A program made the position numbers and the translations under genes. A model generated the notes under the pieces. The model did no database searches. It was not told where the DNA came from and worked only from the letters and a program-made list of their open reading frames with translations. Of a DNA stretch of 64,000 nt, positions 24,981-34,911 are shown piece by piece. Positions within the stretch are counted from its first letter, which is position 1, and each line of letters begins with the position of its first letter. Source of the stretch: Okamejei kenojei (lineage: Eukaryota); assembly GCA_035221665.1 (NCBI GenBank), contig CM069132.1, positions 131,440,001 to 131,504,000 of the forward strand, read 5' to 3'.

Positions 24981-25447
24981 CTTTAGAAAATGAAATGCTG
25001 AACCGCTAAATTTTGTTCACCAAGAGTCTGAGTTAAATCATTCCTGAGATTTAAAAAAATAGACAACAAACAATACACATTAGGTGCAGGAGTAGGCCAT
25101 TCGGCCCTTCAAGCCAGCACCGCCATTCATTGTGATCATGGCTGATCATCCACAATCAGTACCCTGTTCCTGCCTTCTTCCCATATTCCTTCACCCCTCC
25201 TTCTTAAAGATATCACTCTAACTTCAGTCCTATCAGTCTGCCCAACACCATTTCCTTAACCTTAAACAAGAGATTGAAAGGTAGAAAAACAATTACATTA
25301 GTTGCATGGTGCAGGACGAGATAGGATGTTCCAAAAACCAATGCAAAAATGATCTGAATGTGTTTATAATCGACTTTTATTACATGGCATTCCAGATTTG
25401 GCAGTAGGAGCTGCAGATGCCGGTTTATACACAAAACAACACAAAGT

Positions 25448-25816
25448 CTTAAGGGGTTGGACAGGCTAGATGCAGGAAGATTGTTCCCGATGTTGGGGAA
25501 GTCCAGGACAAGGGGTCACAGCTTAAGGATAAGGGGGAAATCCTTTAAGACCGAGATGAGAAAGACTTTCTTCACACAGAGAGTGGTGAGTCTCTGGAAC
25601 TCTCTGCCACAGAGGGTAGTTGAGGCCAGTTCATTGGCTATATTTAAGAGTGAGTTGGATGTGGCCCTTGTGGCTAAGGGGATCAGAGGGTATGGAGAGA
25701 AGGCAGGTACGGGATACTGAGTTGGATGATCAGCCATGATCATATTGAATGGCGGTGCAGGCTCGAAGGGCTGAATGGCCTACTCCTGCACCTAATTTCT
25801 ATGTTTCTATGTTTCT
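25448..25816 (+). mobile_element. CR1 subfamily B 3' fragment inserted in an antisense PLE-terminus remnant (25405-26060)
   Basis: ORF 25457-25720 is near-identical to the ends of 2753-3235 and 59134-59646; AAGT TSD at 25444-25447 and 25817-25820. Confidence 0.93.
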
Positions 25817-27103
25817 AAGTGCTGGGGTGTATCAGCGGATCAGGCAGCATCTCTGAAGTGCATTATGTTTCAGGACAAGACCCTTCAGACCGATTGTAAT
25901 CGTGGTGGGGGGAGTGAAGGCAGTCGAAAAGGGGAGAGGCAGGACAAATGTGGCAGGGAATAGGTTGACATAGGTGAGGGGGAATTTTGATAGGCAGAAG
26001 GTTGGAACAAAGACCAGAGATAAGAAAGGAAAGCGAGAGACAGGTTTGAAGGGTTGCAGATTTTGTGACCTGTAATTCGAAGTTCATTGCTCCACTATTT
26101 CATCCATTGTCCCAAAGACATCAGATCATAACCATGGTGACTCTCACAAGTGTTACTGTTAGATTGGAGTAAAAACAATCTAAAAACAAAGAGGAGATGG
26201 GAGTGTTGAGGGTGGGGGCAAGGAACTTAGTTAATAGATTATTTCCTGATTTATATATAGTGGTTCTTATAAAAGTGTAGACATGTGGATTCCTCATTGT
26301 GGATGACAATACAGATACACTGTGTCACTGAAGGCCAGACTAATTGATGCCATAAGGCAGTTTAACTCCAAAATTAAAAACAGCCCAAAGGGCCTTTAGT
26401 TAAGGAAGAGAAAATATTTAAATGCAGTGGGTGGGGAGGATGAGGGGGCAAGGAAGCAGAAAGTATAAAAATGACTGATCAACAACCACCACTTACTGAA
26501 TATCCAGAAATGTAACTACTTATTCATGCATTTCAAAACTCTCCAAAAGCATTTTAAATCCGTTGCCCCTATCGGTTCTGTGTAGAGATGACAACAGTCT
26601 CTCTATTTAGCTCTGGCTGATGGAAGAAGACAGCACATTCTGGAAAGCTCAGAGAGATACTGACTTCTCATGCATAGCTCGAGGCAAATGACAGTGTCAA
26701 TCTCAGAATAAAATGCGAGCCCATGTGTTCCTGTCAACTCAACACTTTTGGAAGATAACAGCTCCTTGGATTCATGCCCAGTGTAACTGAGCTGGCTGAT
26801 AAGATTGCTAAAACTAAATTGGGAATGGACATGATAAAACTGCAGTTAAGAGAGTTTCTATAACCGCAGTCCCAGGAACACAAGTAAAAATGTTTCCAAA
26901 TTAACAGACTACTTGATGTTTTTTTTCACATTTGGTCTTTGTAGGACTATAAAACATAACATTGTGCCAACATGACTATAAGATAAATGACCAAACAGTT
27001 TGGTAGGTTTTATTGACCTTCTGGAGACCGAGTGGTTTTGGGCAAGGAATCCAAACATAGTTGGTAGGAAGTTGGAAAGACATGGTCATCAATGCAGAAA
27101 CAA

Positions 27104-27704
27104 TCATAAGATCATAAGATGTAGCAGTAGAATTAGGCTATTCAGCCCATCGAGTCTACTTCACCATTCAATCATGACTGATCTATCTCTCCTAACCCCA
27201 TTCACCTGCCTTCTCCCCATAACCTCTGACACCTATCTCTGCCTTAAATATGTCCACTGACTTTGCCTCCACAGGCAAATAATTCCACAAATTCACCACC
27301 CTCTCACTAAAGAAATTCCTCCTCATCTTCTTCTTAAAAGTACGTATATTTAATTCTGAGGCTATGACCTCTAGTCCCATACTCTCCCACTAGTGGAAAC
27401 ATCCTCTCCACATCCACACTATCCAAGCGCTCAACTATTCTCTACGTTTCAATGAGGTCCCCCCTCATTCTTCTAAACTCCAGCAAGTACAGGCCCAGTG
27501 CCGTCAAACGCTCATCATATGTTAACCTACTCATTCCTGGGATCATTCTTGTAAACCTTCTCTGGACTGTCTCCAGAACCAGCACATCCTCCCGCAGTTA
27601 TGGTGCCCAAAATATTCCAAATGTGGCCTGACCAGCACCTTATAGAGCCTCAGCATTATATCCCTGTTTTTGTAGACAAGCCCTTCTCAAAATAAATGTG
27701 AGCA
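27104..27704 (-). mobile_element. CR1 subfamily D 3' fragment
   Basis: ORF 27192-27380(-) KKMRRNFFSERVVNLWN; CATAAGAT tail repeats. Confidence 0.88.
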
Positions 27705-28924
27705 ATGATTGAAAGAAAAGCCAAAGATGTGTCAAATTGGAAGATTGCTAAATTTGTCAGCAATAAGGCCACGAATGATTTGAAAACAGGTGAAGACTTC
27801 GATAAACAAAAATATTCACCAGTTCAATGTGGAGTCATAGTGGAAATTCCACATTGTGGAAACAAGCCCTTTGGCCCAACTCGCCCACACCGGCCAACAA
27901 TGTCCCAGCTACATAAGTCCCACCTGCCTGTGCTTGGTCCATATCCCTCCGAACATGTCCTTTCCATGTACCTCTCTTTCTGTTTCTTAAACGATGGGAT
28001 TGTCGGTCAATGAGCACAGGGTCAAGAATGTTTAAATGTCATATGGACAATAGAACAATGAAATTCCTGCATGCAGCAGAACAACAGGCCTGTAAACACA
28101 ATACACGTAATATATAAATGATTTAATAAATGAATAACCTCAATATTAGTACAAAATAGCCACAAAGTCAGTGCAACTAAAGGCAGTCCTTAATTCATAT
28201 TCGAGTGTAGTGGTGTTGAGGGTAGTGGTTCAAGAACCTGATGATTGTCAGAAAGAAGCTATTCATGAACCCTGTGGTCACAATTTTTAGACTCCAACAT
28301 ATTTCTACACATAGTAGGATTGAAATGAATGGGATTTGCAACAGTTAGGAGAGGGACAGAATTTTGGATGACCCAAAATGTATCCATGGTGAATATATCA
28401 ACAGTCCAGGTGAGATACAGGAGAGTTGCCCATCTGTGACAAAATGTAAAAGGGAGTCAGCAGATGAGAAGAGTACATGAAACCAGGCAGTCTTGTTGGA
28501 AAAAGGTCATGGCAAGAGTAGCTTCCATTTTTAAGATACATACATAAACCTGAAGAAAATTGAGCCATTCCTCTTATCCTAACTTGCTCTTCCCCTCTCA
28601 AATGCTCCAGAAATTTTTCAAAAAATATACATACTGCCCAAACGTGGGAGGCTCAAGTGTTTATTTAGCAGCACTGAAGCAAGTTGACCATGAGCTAATT
28701 CAATGGTGGGAAAGGCAGGGCTGCCAACGCTCACGCATTGAGCGTGAGACTCACGCATTGCGACAAATTCTCACGCTGATCACAAATTTCTCACGCTCTG
28801 TTATGAGAAATTCTGTAATCAATGAGAATTTCAAAATCTCATGGGCCGCAGGTGTTGTAGAGCTGGGGCTGAGGGAGGGATGGAAACAGAAGCAGCGGCG
28901 GGGATAGATGCAGATGGGGAGCTG

Positions 28925-28981
28925 GGGCTGGCGAGTGTTTGCTGGGCTGGCGAGTGTTTGCCGGGCTGGCGAGTTGTTCGC
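28925..28981 (+). repeat. 19-bp tandem repeat x3 (GGGCTGGCGAGTGTTTGCY)
   Basis: Three consecutive copies directly upstream of the ATG at 28995. Confidence 0.9.
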
Positions 28982-28994
28982 AGCAGCTCCAGCC

Positions 28995-29150
28995 ATGGAG
29001 CAGCCTCAGTGCAAGAGTCCCGGGCTGTCGGAGGCGTCGGAAGCGTTATGCCGCTGCCGTGACAGTCTTTGTGCCGGATTCGCCCTGGTGACCGGGATGG
29101 ATCAGGCTGCGGCTCAGTGCATCCTGGAGGACAACCCGTGGCTGCTGGAA
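28995..29150 (+). pseudogene. TDP2: Isolated exon resembling TDP2 (tyrosyl-DNA phosphodiesterase 2) exon 1, UBA-like domain; gene fragment or first exon
   Basis: GCCATGG Kozak start; 52 codons MEQPQ...RDSLCAGFALVTGMDQAAAQCILEDNPWLLE; phase-0 donor GAA|GTAGGT. Resembles human TDP2 LLCVEFASVASCDAAVAQCFLAENDWEME as recalled. No downstream exons recognised. Confidence 0.72.
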
Positions 29151-29256
29151 GTAGGTACCAAGCACTGGGTAGAAACGGTGGAAGATAGTGGCCTCCAAAA
29201 GGGAGTGGTTGGAGAAAGCATGCTGCTTGCATGCTAGATTTTCACTTACTGTAACT

Positions 29257-29597
29257 GCAGGAAAATGTTCCCGATGTTGGAGGAGTTCAGAACCAGGGGT
29301 CACAGTTTAAGAATAAAGGGTAGGCCAGTTAAGATTGAGATGAGGACAAACTTTCTTCACCCAGAGAGTTGTGAATCTGTGGAATTCTCTGCCCTAGAAG
29401 GCAGTGGAAGCCAATTCACTGGATGTTTTCAAGAGAGATTTACATTTAGCTCTTGCGGCTCGCGAAATCAAGGGATATGGGGAAAAAACAGGAAAGAGGC
29501 ACTGATTTTAGATGAAGAGCCATGATCGTATTGAATGGCAGTGCTGGCTCGAAGGGCCGAATGGCCTATTCCTGCACTGATTTACTATGCTTCTATG
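29257..29597 (+). mobile_element. CR1 3' fragment
   Basis: MFPMLEEFRTRGHSLRIKGRP; 3' UTR GGCTCGAAGGGCCGAATGGCCT. Confidence 0.88.
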
Positions 29598-31227
29598 CTG
29601 AGTATATGGCAACAAAACACGACCACTTGATTTTGAAGCATTTGTGCATGGCGGAGGTATAATGTAGTCATAGAGTGATACAGTGTGAAAACAGGCCCTT
29701 TGGCGCAACTTGCCCACACCCGCCAACATGTCCCAGCTACACTACCTGCTGTTGGTCCATATCCCTCCAAACTTATCCTATCCATGTATCAGTCTAACTG
29801 TTTATTAAATTTTGTGATAGTCCCTGTTGCATTCCTGACACCGAGTCCAGCCTTACACCTGGCCCCCTATTTTACCCTGATCATAGCTGCTTACCTGCTT
29901 AGGTTCCCAGTAATGAACACTCCCATTGTCCCAGCTTTGACTGTACACCCAGTACTATTCCAGACCTTGACTCTGGATGCACACTTGGCCTTGCTCCTAG
30001 CCCCCTCTGGACTGACAATATATCTGGCCCACACATAAAGCCCCATATCTGACCCCTGGGACTTAACCTATTATGTTCAAGTCCACAGGTGCTTATCTAA
30101 TGTGGTAATCTTTTATGAGGCACTTCACGGACCAAATTTTGTATAACAAATTTGCTACATCCATTGGCTTCCTTGTTATCTAACATGCCAGTTACTTTGT
30201 CAAAGAAGTCATCAATTGTGGAGGCAGGTTCTCTGGATGCTTTCAAGAGAGAGCTGGATAGGGCTCTTAAAGATAGTGGAGTCAGGGGATAGTGGGAAAG
30301 GCAGGAACGGGGTACTGATTGGGGATGATCAGCCAAGTGTGTAGTGAGACCCAGGTTGGTCAACATGGGCCAAGTGTTTAATTATAATCTGATTTCCATA
30401 CATTTATATTACTAAGATCATTCATGCGCTGCACCTGTTGATCAGAGCCTGGCTCTACTGTGGAATGTAATTAGGAATGTAATTTAGCATAACCTTATTC
30501 ATAGCTAATCCAATTTAAAGCATAAATATTACATAAATATTGCATTCAAGTGTAAGTTAAAAAACACGCTACAGTATGCACCAGATTGCACAATTTCAAG
30601 CTGAAAAATGCAAAAGCTCCATGCCAATGGGAGGGGACACACCACCCTCCCACAACCCCCCCCCCCCCCCCCCCCCAACCTTGGTCGCCAGGCTCCCTCG
30701 GGCTTGGTCTCTTGCAATTTCTCACTCACAACTTTCACCCAATGTAAAGGCCGAGGGTTATTGCTTGCTCCTGTTCCTCTGAATACACACATCTAAAGAA
30801 GGGTCTCGACCCGAAACATCACCCATTCCTTCTCTCCAGAGATGCTGGCTCACCTGCTGAGTTACTCCAGCATTTAGTCTATCTTCAGTTTAAACCAGCA
30901 GCTGCAGTCCCTTCCCACAAATTTGTTGCATAAAACTTGTGGAAATTTGAATGATTGCTTGAAAGTACAGGTTAGGCAGAATCTTTTAAAGAAGGAGCTA
31001 ATAATTCAGATTGCTAACATTCTACAACTTAAAGCAGATGATACGAAGTTGTGGTGAAATGTGACTGGACTGATTTCTACCTACAGTCAACATGTTCAAG
31101 TTATTTAATCTTTTCAGGTTACTATATTTTGCTGAAGAGTCCAGCTACATTTTTTGGCAGGCATATGATTAGAAAGAAAATAACATTAATAACAGGGCCA
31201 CTTAGACTAATGAGTGATCAAATGAAA

Positions 31228-31547
31228 AGGGCAGCATGGTGACACAGTGGTAGAGTTGCTGCCTAACAGCACTTGCAGCGCCGGAGACCCGGGTTCGATC
31301 CCGACCACGGGCACTGTCTCTACGGAGTTTGTATGTTCTCCCCGTGACCACGTAGGTTTTCTCAGAGATATATTTTCCTCCCACACTCCAAAAATGTACA
31401 AGTATGTAGGTTAATTGGCTTGGTGTATGTGTAAATTGTCCCGAGTGTGTGTCGAATAGTGTTAATGTGTGCAGGGATCGCTGGTCGGGGGAGACTCGGT
31501 GGGCCAAGAGGCCTGTTTCCACGCTGTGTCTCTAAACTAAACTAAAC
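31228..31547 (+). mobile_element. tRNA-derived SINE, full length
   Basis: A-box GGTGACACAGTGGTAG, B-box GGTTCGATCCC, (TAAAC)n tail. Confidence 0.9.
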
Positions 31548-31689
31548 TCTCTCAAATTCACCACAAACTCCTTCCCAAGCAGAAGACATTTGTAGCAGGA
31601 GCTAGGACTCCCCAGTAAAAAAAGTTGCAAAGAATTATGTTCATAGGCTTTAAGAACTCTGGAGCCACTAAATTACATAGAACAGTACA

Positions 31690-31887
31690 GGAAGGAACTG
31701 CCAATGCTGGTTTAAACCGAAGATCGACATAAAAAAGCTGTAGTAACTCAGAGGGTCAGACAGCATCTCCAGAGAAAAGGAATAGGTGAAGTTTTGGGTC
31801 TGAAGGGTCTCAACTCGAAACGTCACCTATTCCTTTTCTCCAGATATGCTGTCTGATCCGCTGAATTACTCCAGCTTTTTGTGTCTA
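31690..31887. repeat. Palindromic PLE-terminus derivative
   Basis: AAAAGCTG..TCAGACAGCATCT..GAAAAGGAATAGGTGA arm mirrored by TCACCTATTCCTTTTC..ATGCTGTCTGA..CAGCTTTTT. Confidence 0.85.
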
Positions 31888-33028
31888 TAGAATAGCACAG
31901 CACGGAAATGGCTCTTCGTGCCGGTCATGATGCCAAGTTAATCCAATCTCATCTGCCTGGACATGATCCATATGCCCTTATTCCCTACACTTCCATGTGC
32001 CTATCCAAAAGCCTCGTAAATGCTACTCTTGTACCTGCCTCCACCTCCAGCCCAGGCACTCTGTTCAGGGTTTGTCAAGCATACCAAGGTTGTTAATTCT
32101 CAATTTTCAGGGAGCGTTCAGAGATGAAAGTTTAATATGCTGTGCACCACAGCAAATGATCAAGGAGACATGTAGATTTTTTGCGTTCTAACTCACACTT
32201 GCGGCTTGCCATCTATGCGTTTTTTTTTCTATATTCGGTCTCTCTCAACGTCACACATGGAGAGGGAACAGCATTTCCAATCAACAGTCAGGCTTTATCT
32301 GATCATACTTTCAATTAGTTGTGGAAAGAGTGATAAATCCCCAAGCTCATGTAATAGGAGGATTTAATAGTATGAAGCAGGAAGTAGCATCTAAAGGGAC
32401 AATAAAGACTGGGTGACAGCAGAAAAAACAAAAGAAAGATCCTAAAGGTTCATTACTCCAAGGGAAAACTGCCAGCATATTGATGTGCCTGGGGAAATGT
32501 AAACCAGCAGATGTCAAAGTTCAGCATACAATGTAACCTTGCTTCTCAGAGCAGGGTATCGTTCGGTCCTGCTACGTTAGATTTTGATGCGACTCCCACT
32601 TTCAGTTGTGTGGCGATACAAAGCCGATCCCTTTTCCCACAGCCTGCCGTGACTCTGACGATGATCTCTTTTACACCAGCTTTAGAACTTCAGTGCTTAC
32701 TTTACATTCAAATACAATCAAAGAGTTGTCAGTCAGAAGGGCAGTGGAAAATAAGAGACCCCTCTCAAAAAATGAGAAGGCAATTTGTAATTTCTGTTCT
32801 ACGAGCTACACACTTCAAGACTTCATCCAAAATCATGTCTCAATTATTACTAGATAGCAAATATAAATCACTTTAGATTTCAAGCCATGACCATCAAAAT
32901 CAAATTATCACAGAAGAGAACTGCAAGGCTGCAGCAAATCTGCAAGGGCTGCAGCAGGGAAGGAGACCATTCAGCGCATCAAATTTATACTGACACTTTA
33001 TAAAAGTCAAATAACCCCACTACGCTAT

Positions 33029-33328
33029 TAGTTTAATTTAGTTTAGAGATGCAGCATGGAAACCTGCCCTTTGGCCCACTGAGTGCATGCAGACCAGCGA
33101 CCCCCAAACACGAGTACTTTCCCACACACTAGAGACAATTTGCAATCTTTACTGAAGTCAATTAATTCACAAACACAAACGTCTTTAAGTGTTGGAGGAA
33201 ACCGGAGCACCCGGAGAAAACCCACGTGGTTACAGAGAGAATGTACAAACTCCACACCTATAGTCAGGATTGAACCTGGGTCTCTGGTACTGCAAGGCAG
33301 CATCTCTACTGCTGAGCCACCATGCCGC
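33029..33328 (-). mobile_element. tRNA-derived SINE
   Basis: Reverse complement of the 31228-31547 family. Confidence 0.88.
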
Positions 33329-33571
33329 TATTCTCTCCATGTAGCAATTTGAATCTTTTTACTTTTTGATATGTATCGAGCTCTAAGTTTGAATTTTCCT
33401 TCATTACCACTCCTGACATTACATTATGGCGGTACTGGCTTGAAGGGGCAAATGGCCTACTCCTGCACCTATTTTCTATGTTTCTATATTTCTATGTAAC
33501 ATCTCATTTCATAGCTCATTTACATTCCAGTAAAAAAGCACTAGTATCATTAGGCAGTATTCTGCACATTC

Positions 33572-33790
33572 TTGTGTTGGCAGGCACTGCAGATGCTGGT
33601 TTAAACCAAAGACAGACACAGAAAGCTGGAGTAACTCGGCCGGTCAGGCAGCATCTCTGGAGAAAAGGACGAGGTGACATTTCAGGTTGAGACCCTTCTT
33701 CAGTCTCAATGTGAAAAGTCACCTATTCATTTTCTCCAGAGATGCTGCCTGACCCACTGAGTCAATTCAGCTTTTTGTGTCCATCTTCTG
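33572..33790. repeat. Palindromic PLE-terminus derivative
   Basis: GGTCAGGCAGCATCTCTGGAGAAAA ... TTTTCTCCAGAGATGCTGCCTGACC inverted arms. Confidence 0.85.
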
Positions 33791-34911
33791 AAAATTTTAG
33801 TTGAGATGCTCACCTCGTGTGAACCAAAATTGAACCATGCACATCCTAGATACATCTACTCTGTTGATTTCTGTTCATTTTAAACACAGAAAACAATTAC
33901 TATTTTGGCTGCTGGTTTTGAACTTTTATATTCCATGCAAGGTCATACAAGAGGTCCAAATTTAATCTGCCCTTTAAAACAGGCAAGCAACTTTATACTA
34001 CAGGAGGAAACCCATACTCATCAGGTGCGAACAAAAAGTAATTAACTTTCTTCCTCCAACCCTTTTATAAAACAAAATAGGCTTTACGGCCCATTATTGT
34101 GAATTACTGCTGTGGCAAAATAACTCTTTTTTACTTTCATTGTTTTATAGATATACACTGCAAAAGGATTATTTTTCAAGTGGCTCATGAAAATTACCTT
34201 GTCCAACATGGAATGCAGAAATATAGTAAGCCTTGTGAATTATAGGCATTCAGGAGCTCAGTCCCTCACAATGTTAAGCAAAGAGGAGGAAATAAGTAAT
34301 CAGGCAGAATAAGCATTTATCTGCAATACTAACACTTCCTGCAAGAGGGATTAAATATCATTGACAGGAAACAAAATATATCTTGTTTAATTGTCCACAC
34401 TGAGGCATGCCTACGCCTTAGGCCTTTTACATTTTACTGTTAGTTAATCCCAAGGTGTGCAGTTACATCCCAACAAACTAGGGCACAGGAAGAAGAAATG
34501 AAATACAAACTCAAATAAATGATGACATTTTCAATTAGAGTAAGAAAGAGAAAGTTCAAAGCTCAAGTTATCAAAGATTTGAATAATATTTGCTGACAAA
34601 GACTGCTGTAAACCAACTCCTTCCCTACACTTGACTCCTTCCCTACACTCAAGTCGCATTCAACTCTAAATCAACACGTGATCAGCTCAAAACGTTTCTG
34701 CAATATTCTGCTTGGTCTACTAAAGACACCATAGTCAAAGGGTGTGAATTTTCATTTTACATTTTAGTTAGATAATACTTCTCCTGATGTTGAGCACAGA
34801 GAGTTAATGGATATCTTTTTACCTGCAAAAGGTATGAATTGTGAAACCTGTGAAAGGGATACAAGTGGAATGGTAGGGAGAAGGGGAGAAATTGGTGCTA
34901 ATTCAGGTGGG

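Larger units (their letters stand above)
28716..30745. mobile_element. Putative non-autonomous TIR DNA transposon (hAT-like ends) with captured cargo and nested CR1 fragments
   Basis: Left end CAGGGCTGCCAAC, then CTCACGC at 28730, 28750, 28770 and 28790. The right end shares AATTTCTCAC (~30716-30725) and stops at CCCAATGT followed by AAAGG, the same 5-mer that precedes the left end. The full right TIR is missing. Confidence 0.55.

Noticed and set aside
28730-28981. Regularly spaced short repeats as a CRISPR-like array
   Set aside because: Eukaryotic context, 7-bp motifs or spacer-less tandem units, and no cas genes.
31105-31165. TTTTCAG acceptor with GYYILLKS as a possible downstream TDP2 exon
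   Set aside because: Similarity to TDP2 is too weak, there is no canonical donor, and it is not the expected exon 2 sequence.
32511-32876. 121-aa ORF in unique sequence
   Set aside because: No recognisable domain or splice signals in any frame I examined; the length is compatible with chance.
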